NCBI GenBank assembly: GCA_963674825.1
Contig: OY771587.1
Location: 2,656,001 to 2,720,000, forward strand
Origin: Candidatus Cloacimonadales bacterium
Lineage (GTDB): Bacteria; Cloacimonadota; Cloacimonadia; Cloacimonadales; JAIOQZ01
DNA: 64,000 nucleotides
Direction: 5' to 3'
Shown: in pieces, positions 22,901 through 27,628 of the stretch
How the letters are laid out: each line of letters starts with the position of its first letter
Numbering within the stretch: the first letter of the stretch is position 1
Position numbers and translations under genes: made by a program
Notes under the pieces: generated by a model
Databases searched by the model: none
Told to the model about the DNA's origin: nothing
What the model saw: only the letters and a program-made list of their open reading frames with translations

Positions 22901-25379
22901 GCAGCGGTGAGAGATCTTGAAGCGTTGCTGAATAGGTCAGGACATCGTCCGGGTCGTCATCCGCGAAGATAGTATCGGGGAGCGTATAGTTGTATAAGTC
23001 CTGCTCCTGGGTCAGCTGATCCGGGATTTCGCTAACAAGATACGGAGCATCGTTGGTGTTTTGTACGGTCAGGCGGAACGTATCGATAACGGTCTCTTCC
23101 AGAATGTCCATTGCTGTAACAGCAATTTGATAAACGCCGATGTCTGTATTGACCGGAAGACCGGAGAAGAGCCTGTTTTCGGGATTGAAGCTCAACCATT
23201 CAGGTAGGGGATCGTTATCAGCAAGCGCAGCCGAGTAGGTCAAGGCATCGTTCGGATCCGGATCCATGAATGTGTTGGCTGCAAACTGGAAATTGAACTG
23301 GAAGTCTTCCAGTGCTACCTGGTTCGGGATCGGGTTCGCCACCTCCGGAGGGTCGTTGACGTTGATAACCTCGATATTGAACACCTGCTGAACCGGATCG
23401 TCGATGTCGTCACGAACGGTCAGTGTAACCTGATTATAGCCGATATATTCGTTGGATGGCGTGCCTTGAAGGATGGCAGTGCCATCGCCATTATCGGTAA
23501 GAGAAAGCCAAGCCGGCTTGACCGGTGCTGCGAAGTGGATTCCGCAAACACTTACGGTGTCGTCTTCTGCTGTGATGTTGTATTGATAAAGTTCATCTTC
23601 AAAGACGCTTAGCGTAGGTGTTGAGGTAAACACTGGCGGATCATTGGTAAGGGCGAAGTAAATCTTCCGTTCGATGTTTACGCCCGTACCCTGTCCGGTA
23701 AATCCCTGGTCGTTCATGATGATCGTCAGGGTCTCCATACCGGCTGCGCCAGGATTGGAAATGTAGTTGAAGTTCCGCAGGTAGTTATTCATGTTTGTCT
23801 GATTAACGACAATAACCACGTTATTCGTGCCATCACCGGAAATGAAACGTGAATTACCTTCGAAATCGAGAACACCCTTCACGACGTTCATGTTCACGAT
23901 GAGCTGATTAGAGCCGACGTCCGGGTCCCAAACTCTCAAGGAGTCTTCCTGCGTGAAGTGGTAATTCAGGTCTTCGTCCACTTCGAGCGGGATGTACATA
24001 CAGCTGTCGATCATCGTGCTCTTATAGAACACTTCGGGGTTGTCATTGATTTCCTGAACCTTGATCTGCGCTGTATCGTAGGCAAGGCTGAATGCCGTTG
24101 TGTCGCCGACAGTCACGATATCGAAGACGCTACCGGCGATACCTTCGCTACGATCCCATGCACGGAATGTGAAATTGGCATATCCGTTATAGTTTGATTC
24201 TGGAACGAATCGAATTCGGTGAAGCCCCAGCGTACCGTCAAGAAGAACAGCTGAGCTAGAGATATTCACACTTGAATCGATTGTGTCTGTGAAGTTATCC
24301 CAGGTAGCGCCATCGGTTGTTGAGTATTGCCATAAACCGTCGCTGTTATCGACACCAATAACTGCAATCGCGATGACTGTGCTGCCGTCAGGATCATAGA
24401 TCGCGCCGGGGTTGATGATATCTTCGATCAGGTCACCGTCGTTGTCGTAGTCATCTTCAGGGATCGTTGTAAGAGAGGCGGAGTAGTTCGTGTAGAGAAT
24501 AGGAGCATCATTTACGGGTTCGATCATGAAACCTATATAGCGGTTGACATCGTCACCGCCACCCTGACCGATATTGCCCTGGTCATTAATGCGGAATGTG
24601 AGTGTATCAGGTCCAGAATAGTTATCGACCGGATGCAATGAGAAATCCTCAAGGTAGCTGTTGATCTGATTGATCGTAGTGACAATGGTAACGTTGGCGG
24701 TTCCATTACCGGAGATAAAGCGGCTCATACTCCGGTCGATGGTGATCGTACAGTGATCTGTGAGCATATTAACGATAATGGGCGTGTCTGGATCGTCTTT
24801 ATTGATGATATCGACATCGTCAACCCGAATGGAATCCTGCTGCGTGAACGTATAAAAACCATCTTCGAAAATCGCAATATCCAGGTTGACCGGATCTGTA
24901 ATGAGATCGCCGTCCATGAAAAGAACCGGGTCATCATTTACAGCCGTAACGTTAAATCTAAAAGTATGGGAAGCGCTGAACTCGCCGGCGCTGTCCTGCA
25001 CACGGAAAGGGAAATTGGCGTAGTTGAGTCCGTTACCATCCAGCTCGGGTGTGAAGATCAAATCCCCCAGAGAAGTTACGGTAATGTAGATCGGGAAATC
25101 CGATGGATCCACATCCAATCCCTGGAAGTTGATCGTACCCTCACTTGGTGGGTCGTCGATCATGACAGCGGCAAAAGTGTCGCCATCGGAGGGATCGCTG
25201 AACGGGAAGTCCGTCTCGCCGAAGACCCATGGTGTGTCTTCGAGAATTGTTTTGGTTACATCGTCGCTGTTTGGCAACGTTCGATTCCGGGTGTCCAGAG
25301 ACTGAGCCGCGAGAGGGACGCTCGAAATCATGAAAATTGTCAAGAGTGCGAACAGAAAGATTACCCTTGAGTTTTTCAT
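4947..25379 (-). CDS. giant (~6,810 aa) secreted adhesin with roughly 55-60 putative Ig/dystroglycan-type cadherin-like repeats and a type-B (gliding-motility-associated, CHU_C-like) T9SS CTD
   Basis: Signal peptide after an AAAGGAG RBS (start ATG 25379); ~100-aa repeats with LPxWLxFD..TRTFSGTP and NDAP motifs; C-terminal QPNAFSPNGDGLNDTY...KRGKIYLIR. Confidence 0.92.
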   Translation of the reverse strand: MKNSRVIFLFALLTIFMISSVPLAAQSLDTRNRTLPNSDDVTKTILEDTPWVFGETDFPFSDPSDGDTFAAVMIDDPPSEGTINFQGLDVDPSDFPIYITVTSLGDLIFTPELDGNGLNYANFPFRVQDSAGEFSASHTFRFNVTAVNDDPVLFMDGDLITDPVNLDIAIFEDGFYTFTQQDSIRVDDVDIINKDDPDTPIIVNMLTDHCTITIDRSMSRFISGNGTANVTIVTTINQINSYLEDFSLHPVDNYSGPDTLTFRINDQGNIGQGGGDDVNRYIGFMIEPVNDAPILYTNYSASLTTIPEDDYDNDGDLIEDIINPGAIYDPDGSTVIAIAVIGVDNSDGLWQYSTTDGATWDNFTDTIDSSVNISSSAVLLDGTLGLHRIRFVPESNYNGYANFTFRAWDRSEGIAGSVFDIVTVGDTTAFSLAYDTAQIKVQEINDNPEVFYKSTMIDSCMYIPLEVDEDLNYHFTQEDSLRVWDPDVGSNQLIVNMNVVKGVLDFEGNSRFISGDGTNNVVIVVNQTNMNNYLRNFNYISNPGAAGMETLTIIMNDQGFTGQGTGVNIERKIYFALTNDPPVFTSTPTLSVFEDELYQYNITAEDDTVSVCGIHFAAPVKPAWLSLTDNGDGTAILQGTPSNEYIGYNQVTLTVRDDIDDPVQQVFNIEVINVNDPPEVANPIPNQVALEDFQFNFQFAANTFMDPDPNDALTYSAALADNDPLPEWLSFNPENRLFSGLPVNTDIGVYQIAVTAMDILEETVIDTFRLTVQNTNDAPYLVSEIPDQLTQEQDLYNYTLPDTIFADDDPDDVLTYSATLQDLSPLPAWLDFDPATKTFSGTPVHEDIGQIYIRVQVEDLDGATASDVFRLWVTWINIAPQLANPISDRNATEDAGFIFTFPDNTFTDENIPEGDILTYSAVKADDELLPTWLQFNPNTRTFTGIPRNEDVGTLSVKVIATDVPGLTAEDIFDISIANTNDPPFVANIVPNQIAIEDQYFEFTFADSTFGDPDAPYGDTFTYSAEQDSQGVRIPLPEWLSFDGPTRTFTGTPANEDRGNWNIKLTAQDVAGLTATTTFRIEVLNTNDGPVVLNPILDHHATEDIPYTFTFSTNVFGDPDNEHQRDILTYSAELASGDPLPNWLSFTPELRTFTGIPLNNNVGIYEIAVTATDTAFATATDTFQLEVENVNDAPVLVNPIPNQITTETLPYSYTFAADTFADDDVIHGDFLTYSAGKVDEGSLVALPVWLSFDPATRTFSGTPQTADIGIFDLRVTATDSSNVSVTDDFLFEVRYFNQAPTVANPIPNQNGSEDTLFDYTFPIDTFFDTNVGVGDTLFYSATLTGGDPLPEWLTFTPTARNFNGMPLNENVGNYTIVVTARDRSDETATDEFVISIANVNDAPYVANSIPAQTATEDAPFTFTVPANTFGDDDLMWGDVLTLSATLEDDSALPAWLSFNAATNAFSGTPTVPGIISIKVTATDTSDETTFTVFTLEILNTQDDPYFLTSPVLQATEDALYTYNIEVADDDPGNVLQIGYDLLPSWLTLNDNGDNTGVLEGTPLNANVGPNEVILTVNDGVRVISTQEFTITVTNVNDAPYVANPIANKTVAADMNLDYTFAENAFLDDDLSYGDELTYTATLSDGSDLPAWVTFDGATRHFGGMPALSDVATYEVRVTASDIAGEEVFDDFDLIVIPYNQAPEFTTTPPLDATEGVLYTYNINTSDDGIDDGIFINGNTVPEWLTLTDNGDGTALLEGTPTNDNVGANEVVLAVSDNIAPDVIQNFTITVANVNNAPQVVNPIADQDATQDQFFQFTFGEDVFADIDAADALTYSAQLQNTSPLPAWLSFNAATRTFSGTPANSDVGTYDVAVIATDLEGASGTDVFTLTVANVNDAPYVLNQITLVIGWEDVAFNYTFPSNTFSDPDLPYGDVLTYSATLDDGSPLPEWLTLTSATRRFSGLPSDYDTGNYTIRLIATDIAGESVYDDFTLTINNFNDAPSLVNPIPDQAAFVDTPFDYTFPIDTFNDPDPGDFLNYSAQLTNGSPLPGWLTFDDGDRRFYGTPAGIAPNTEYQIRVTAMDAAMESAYDIFKIVVFSSNEVPYFVSTPITEATQDIPYVYNIEAEDDSVNFGITIAAPVVPEWLTFSDLGRGSASLSGTPTNDNIGLYDVTLTVWDHIADPVEQSFTIEVINVNDAPQLVNAIPDQVSQADVAYSYMIPAGTFIDIDAGDVLTYSASLYGGDPLPSWLTFDDQTLTFSGTPQANDIAIYNILVTATDLEGAMATDVFELNIVPSNYPPEFISTPVTTAFEDALYQYNVVTTDDGVNNGGIVIAAPTAPAWLSLQDNGDGTALLSGTPDNSLVGLYNIVLTLSDGISPVIEQSFSINVINTNDAPVLVNPISDHVTYENAAYSFSFAEDTFEDDDIIYGDALAYSATLASGDPLPGWMSFIPSQRMFSGIPANEDVGTYSIEVTATDLAGRTATDVFELQVLNVNTPPYVENPLPDQAAIALTPYQFIFSETTFGDDDLIYGDALTYSARQTSGEPLPEWLSFDAANRMFSGTAPIELLGTTYIIRVTARDSQLESVYDDFELTIIDSNDPPVFTSTPVEDATEDVLYTYIATATDSGPNFGLVFLASDLPEWLSLVNNGGGSATISGTPDNEDVGTHNIDIVVTDGIADPVHQVYTLTVQNSNDAPYVANPIPNQAATEGEAFVFTFAENTFGDDDIIWGDMLGYSAELSDGSLLPAWLGFSELTRTFSGTPGDNDVATLEIKVIATDNLGATVAALFTLEVINSGDSPVFTSTPVVNATEDALYQYNVVAEDSDPDAVLVLAAPQLPEWLTLTDNGDGTGLLQGTPLNENVGANNVVITANDGTRVLATQSFTITVANTNDIPYVANPIPNQAAMIDQSYDYIFPESTFGDDDLIHGDVLTYTATLSDGSALPAWLSFAPLSRYFTGTPGLSDIGTYTIRVTATDTQLTSVSDDFDLQVIDSNIAPSFTSTPITAAIEGVPYQYDITTTDDGVNLGISISAPQLPLWLDFTDHNDGTATLSGTPNNEDVGNHTVLLTVSDGIAAPVTQMFNINVANINTPPVLINPIADQAALIHQNFLFVIPEDTFTDADEGDVLTYTATLSSGNPLPAWLIFDAEEHRFSGLPSAANIGTYSIRVIVTDTGNESASDNFTISVYAEDVPPVFTSLPVTEAYENIPYVYDIRTRDDGINLGITINATTLPAWLNFTDNGDGTAVLSGTPAATDQGLHNVVLNVTDNILPPVWQEFTIEVYDVNQSPVLVNNIPDQTTVTEELFSYIVPENTFSDPDPTDVLTWSAELSDGNDLPAWLAFNQDTRELQGTPAITDAGFYYIRVTVTDQGDLSAADIFLLRVFTENQPPAFISMPLEMIDVDHLYTYEVETNDDGNNFGGIVIEAPVLPEWLALYDNEDGTATLTGTPSVEHTGPNAVVLTVSDGIAAPVEQAFSILVNELNHPPYVAIPLSDQFAIVNTFFSYTVDENAFVDPDQGDALTYEIMTVDGSPAPAWLTIDNATRTISGTPQPGDEGITPIRVEVTDNLGETAYDDFNLRVITSNLAPVFASSPVEAIDQDSRYTYEIFVTDDNINLNGIEITTNELPEWLSFNDFGNGVAIITGVPANENVGAYNIIVYASDGIATPTEQAYTLTVNNVNDAPYLSNPNENQFAYTNQYFEFSANSDTFEDPDAIYGDQIIYRSSLIDGSPLPSWLIFNPDGLTYSGTPSEFMANLYTIKLTAFDQSGASASDLFDLTIRPYNSAPEFVSTPVTEAWQNSLYTYNVVAEDDAINAGLTIVDGVIPAWLTLVDNGDGTAVLSGTPANGDVGEEEIVLYVSDGIIREASSQQFTLTIYNVNDAPYVANEIPDLTTAADAAFEYTIPENTFDDPDLIHGDHLTYSAMLTTREALPDWLTFDGTTRTFSGTPMLQDSGDYSISVTATDDAMESATDIFTLQVFSGNLPPEFTSTPVTEVDEDALYTYNITTEDDGVGFGVQISASILPAWLTLTDNGDGTALLTGTPENANVGDHQVVLQASDNVRVVTEQEFVITVNNVNDTPYLINPIADVGIRQGVMLDYEIPEGTFGDDDIMWGDVLTWSAKIADGSVLPAWLIFDPATHTFTGMPDLMDVGLYDTRVTVTDEDGAFVYDDFVLTVYTDNMPPTFTSTPVTTATEDVAYIYNITTTDDGFSEEINITGVQIADWLTLTDNGNGTAVLQGTPTNDNVGSFPITIRVDDGIRQSTDQSFTLEVQNVNDAPYIANPIRDHGAVIETLFSFTFAENTFGDDDIIHGDVLTYSADLSDGNPLPAWLTFDAANREFSGTPTLSDVGIYNVRVTATDVALVSAEDVFMLRVVLENNPPQFASEPVLRVNEGELYSYAITVTDDGTNLGILITAPVLPEWLTLTDNGDGTALLSGTPTWQYVGANAVTLNADDGITVPPTEQSFSIEVLDVNSPPFVQNAIPNQTATQDMAFSYTFPENTFGDLDGDALTYNAIISGDGELPLWLTFDAVTRNFSGTPTNDNVGELAIDLIASDPAGQTATASFVLTVANLNDAPYLVHPIQDHEIYELTSYSFTFRVDTFYDPDILWGDVLTYEAQLSDGSALPEWLEFTSETRSFNGIPTHEDVGTYVIRVIAIDEEGLQATDEFNLRVLDEPDAPYVANPIPDQDAWEDAAFSYTFPENTFADIDVNNTLTYSALLENGDPLPVWLRFNDITRNFNGLPTQNEVGSYAIAVTATDIYQLSATDVFILTVHNTNDMPYFTSTPDTTAVEAEAYAYNIVVEDIDVMDNLTFTAITLPSWLTLTDNGNGTALLAGTPYQSNIGDNPVVISVADSTGVPVDQSFVIHVQNVVEPPVVSNSIPDQSTFVNLLYNYTFPVNTFIEPTPGDVLTYTATQEDGSPLPAWLTFDPATRNFNGTPDAIATWQIKVIATDLDLQSVEDVFMLDVVFSQEPPFFTSTPVVDATEDALYTYNITASDINLEALSFSGVTIPAWLTLTDNGDNTATLTGTPLNENVGENAVEITVTDGINDPMAQSFIINVANVNDAPYYANAIPNQEAHEDMAFEYTFPENTFLDDDLINGDVLTYTSTLDDDSALPAWLGFDPATRTYSGMPVFADIGTYNVKVIATDIENQTAEGVFVITVVNSNDAPYVMNPIADQNAIEDTPFSFTFAADTFDDEDFGFGDVLSYTSTQQDGDPLPAWLSFDNATRAYSGMPENADIGTWLIRVTATDIGGLTAFDDFEIVVTNTQDDPYFVSAPVTTATEDVVYTYNIVTNDVDPGATLILSADVLPTWLTLTDNGDGTGNITGTPLNENVGTNPVTLTVSDGVRVVATQIFDIEVANSNDAPYVMNPIPDQTATEDAAFSFAFADDTFGDDDIIHGDALTYSAQQDGGDPLPAWLSFDAATRTFSGTPTNDDIDTYSIAVIAEDIAGASATDVFVLTVENTQDDPYFVSEPVTTATEDAVYTYNIETNDVDPGATLVLGADVLPTWLTLTDNGDGTGNITGTPLNENVGTNPVTLTVSDGVRVVATQIFDIEVANSNDAPYVMNPIADQNAIEDELFSFTFADDTFGDDDFIHGDALTYSAQQDGGDPLPAWLSFDAATRTFSGTPTNDDIDTYSIAVIAEDIAGATATDVFILTVENTQDDPYFVSEPVTTATEDAVYTYNIETNDVDPGATLVLGADVLPTWLTLTDNGDGTGDITGTPLNENVGTNPVTLTVSDGVRVVATQIFDIEVANVNDAPYVANVIPDQTATEDAAFSFAFADDTFGDDDIIHGDALTYSAEQDGGDPLPAWLSFDAATRTFSGTPTNDDLGTYQIAVTAEDNAGATATDVFQLTVNNTNDAPYFTSTPLTTATEDVVYTYDITADDDDPNDDLDIIATILPTWLTLTDNGNGTATLEGTPLNENVGDNEVGLEVHDGITLDIQSFTIVVTNVNDAPYVANEIPDQSTDEDAAFSYTFAEDTFGDDDLIHGDVLTYTAAESDGSELPAWLSFDAATRTFSGTPTNDDLGTYMITVMATDEAGASATDTFNIEVINTNDAPYFTSTPVLQINEDENYSYAIAFNDDDPNPVLTITMTTGPEWLTLTQSDNTSAVLEGTPTNANVGDNDVVLVLDDGINRTSLKASVQKRDTAMQAFTITVINVNDAPYVANPVDSLQINENEIDQSLDLNNMFSDDDLIWGDVLTYSYSGNIHIVVGINDGIVSLDPETDWYGTETITFYAEDNDGATAQQDVVITVINIIDVPVIDPIDAQVVYNINTPWTFTVTGEFYPVAEYSLVDPPAGMTIDGETGVMSWTPTAEQTNLYEITVHLQNDAGFDEKSFSFTVINQNDAPRNLTPELFNDGSTLTWSAPVSSKWLAGYNVYRSNLYDDEYELLAELGADATQYIDENPVTGANNFYKVAAVLQVDHIDWTGESTFSVITTVYPLPVTEFSLFYDDGTSEQGYGQGNEFGVQFDLSPIQRYTPTSTLIKFAIYLETLDTQDLLINLYGDGDTPTNENYITAIDYAAGDLHLGWNVLDVPADLQPEFVGGRFHVVVDYAHPYQVGFDTGDPISGHSYVDGGTGWGAITTGDLMIRAIVATPLPNIAVDVTSMNFGDVFAGEESDPQMFTIENTGNYELVVSEIGAPPGFQIRHGTDGGWVQTLSLTIPYQGSEDFYVKFTPSTRQVYTGEIEIVHNGVDETDVNITVRGNSIEPQPNAFSPNGDGLNDTYTVRLINSGNIDATMNIYDLHGKRVRDVKGVYDGTGMSLSWDGKNDGGSKCISGPYIYVLRKNGSIEKRGKIYLIR
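7800..9580 (-). repeat. three near-identical tandem 594-bp units (198-aa domain pair) inside the adhesin gene
   Basis: The string gacgaagtacggatcgtcttgcgtgtt recurs at 8361, 8955 and 9549 (period 594), with long nearly identical sequence between; outer boundaries are approximate. Confidence 0.9.
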
Positions 25380-25453
25380 TGCGTTTGCTCCTTTATGCAT
25401 GTATTATTCTCATAAACGTATATCAGGCGATGAACGCAGTCCATCCCACACAC

Positions 25454-25482
25454 CATATAGTTATCAGGGATGCCATTGTCAA
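25454..25482 (-). promoter_or_regulatory. candidate sigma70 promoter of the adhesin operon
   Basis: Minus strand TTGACA-17 nt-TATATG, with an AT-rich tract upstream. Confidence 0.6.
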
Positions 25483-25966
25483 TCACATTATTCCTTATAT
25501 AAAAAGAAAATTTTTTCGAGTCAGTTCTTTCTTTAGGTGTCATTAATGAGTAATATGCTGTAAATAAACGAGATGTATGTATCTGTTCATTATTGGCACC
25601 ACATTCGTGCAGATCAAAGCTTTTCCCCATTCTGAACCCCATGCTTTGCCTGCTATGTATTTCTAAAGCTTGAGTCAATCCCTGTTAATTCGTCATTGTA
25701 CCCGCAGGATGAGGCGTACTGGCTGTTGCTGCATCAAAGACAAATAGGCGGCTAAAAACTGATAGTTTGATTGACATCATCGTTCCTTCCGGCATTTACT
25801 GAATCTATGGAAAAAATACGTAAATTCAAAGCAATTGCCACTTTTAAATGTCCTTGGTGGGAGAGCATGTCTCGTAAAAGAGAACAATTGCGTGCGTTGC
25901 CTTATTCTGTCTTGACAATAATTTGCAGATGTTAAAGAATGCGGAACACTCACAAATGGAGATGAA

Positions 25967-27178
25967 ATGAATAAAACGTTTGCACTGGAAGCGCTATCCA
26001 TTCTTGCATTTCTTGTCATCGCCACGACAATCATCGGTTATCTGGGGCTTGATATGCGCCTTGAGAAGATGTTCTATTCGGCTGACAAAGGCTGGTCGAT
26101 CGGTGAGATGCAACCTTGGAAATTCCTCTATCACTATGGTAATATTCCTGCGCTTTTGCTGTCAGTAGGATCACTTGTCCTCCTGCTCATGTCATTTATC
26201 AGCCTGAAATACATGATCTATCGCAAAATCGCAATGTTCTTTGTACTGGTGATGCTGATCGGCCCCGGGCTTGTCGTGAATCTCGGATTCAAGAGCTATT
26301 GGGGTAGAAACCGTCCGCGCCATGTGGAAGAACTCGGTGGGCAGGATCGTTACATGGAAATCTGGGAGACTGGAACTGCCGGTCAGGGGAAGTCGTTCCC
26401 CTGCGGTCATGCGACGATGGGATTTTACCTGTTTGCTCCGTATTTTCTGGCCCGTGGAAGAAAGCGGTGGATGGCAGCGGGGTTTCTTGCGCTTGGGCTT
26501 GTGATGGGGTTCCTCATCGGCCTGGCTCGTATGCTTCAGGGTGGCCATTTTCTCAGCGATGTGCTCTGGGCAGGAGGGATGGTCTATCTGGTCACGTTGT
26601 TGTTTTACCGTTTGTTGCGACTCGATAGGAACCTGCTTCTGGAAGAGCGAAATGTCGAATATGGACGGCACCGCAAAACAGCCATCTGGGTGGGGATTCC
26701 TCTGGTGCTGGTCGCGGTTGCGACTTTCCTTCTCGCATCGCCATATTACAAGCATCGCTCTGTCGCGTTGGAAAACGAGCGATTGAAAGATAAGCTGCTG
26801 ATCGAGATTGATAAGGGCGACTTGATTCTTGTATCCGCTGACAGCTTGGAAATCGAATGGAAGGCTGGCGGATTCGGATTCCCCGGCTCCAAGGTGCGAA
26901 ACAACTGGGATGTGGATCTGCCCGATGGCATGAAGCTCAAGCTTTTCCACAAGGGCTTTTTCACCGAGTACGACAATGAGGTGCAGGCGATGATTCCCTG
27001 GGAGAAATTGAGGGTACTCGAAATCGTTATCGACGAAGGCGACCTTTATCTCGAAGATGTGCCGACTGATGTGCAGGTGCTCACGGATCGGCAAACGATT
27101 CCGGAAGAGAAAAGTGGCACGATAATATTGGTTGATTTGAGGAATGGAAAGTTAATGAGCGAAAGAGGTGGGAAATGA
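25967..27178 (+). CDS. PAP2-family membrane phosphatase (lipid A phosphatase-like) with a C-terminal extension
   Basis: PAP2 motifs KSYWGRNRP, SFPCGH and RMLQGGHFLSDV. Confidence 0.85.
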   Translation: MNKTFALEALSILAFLVIATTIIGYLGLDMRLEKMFYSADKGWSIGEMQPWKFLYHYGNIPALLLSVGSLVLLLMSFISLKYMIYRKIAMFFVLVMLIGPGLVVNLGFKSYWGRNRPRHVEELGGQDRYMEIWETGTAGQGKSFPCGHATMGFYLFAPYFLARGRKRWMAAGFLALGLVMGFLIGLARMLQGGHFLSDVLWAGGMVYLVTLLFYRLLRLDRNLLLEERNVEYGRHRKTAIWVGIPLVLVAVATFLLASPYYKHRSVALENERLKDKLLIEIDKGDLILVSADSLEIEWKAGGFGFPGSKVRNNWDVDLPDGMKLKLFHKGFFTEYDNEVQAMIPWEKLRVLEIVIDEGDLYLEDVPTDVQVLTDRQTIPEEKSGTIILVDLRNGKLMSERGGK

Positions 27179-27618
27179 ATGAAATCGTCAAAGCAAACCC
27201 TAAATATCGCACAATTCTGATCTTTATCGCGATTGGGGTAATCGTGTTTCTTTTTGCTGTGGTCATGTGGGGTGGACCGTGGTTCAGACACTACATCAAC
27301 AGTATGGTTGAGCAGAATCGAATGGATGATCTTAAGCGCGCCATGATGTATCTGGAAATTGCCATGGTAGCTATTATAGCTGTGTTTTCCGTGTTTGGCG
27401 CAAAGTTTGTAATCATGGGTAAACGAACGATTCGTGAGCGGAGATTTCCGCCCACAGGTGTCAGGGTTATTCGTGATACCGAGATCGTTATTGAAGAAGA
27501 TGCACTTAGCCGTGGACGACTTGTATCAAGGCTCGGATACGTGCTGATCATTACCTCGGTTGTAACAATTGTCGTAATCGTTATGCTGTTTCAAAATCTT
27601 TTCACGATGATGCAATAG
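27175..27618 (+). CDS. hypothetical 3-TM membrane protein
   Basis: ATGA overlap with the upstream gene; three hydrophobic segments. Confidence 0.7.
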   Translation: MNEIVKANPKYRTILIFIAIGVIVFLFAVVMWGGPWFRHYINSMVEQNRMDDLKRAMMYLEIAMVAIIAVFSVFGAKFVIMGKRTIRERRFPPTGVRVIRDTEIVIEEDALSRGRLVSRLGYVLIITSVVTIVVIVMLFQNLFTMMQ

Positions 27619-27628
27619 GAGTTGTTTC

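Noticed and set aside
5640..25370. Many 60-400 aa plus-strand ORFs opposite the adhesin
   Set aside because: Shadows produced by the adhesin's codon bias; they mirror its repeats
25483..25966. c-di-GMP riboswitch or small ORFs in the adhesin/PAP2 intergenic region
   Set aside because: No convincing GEMM motif; the short ORFs have no homology cues; an Rfam scan would be needed
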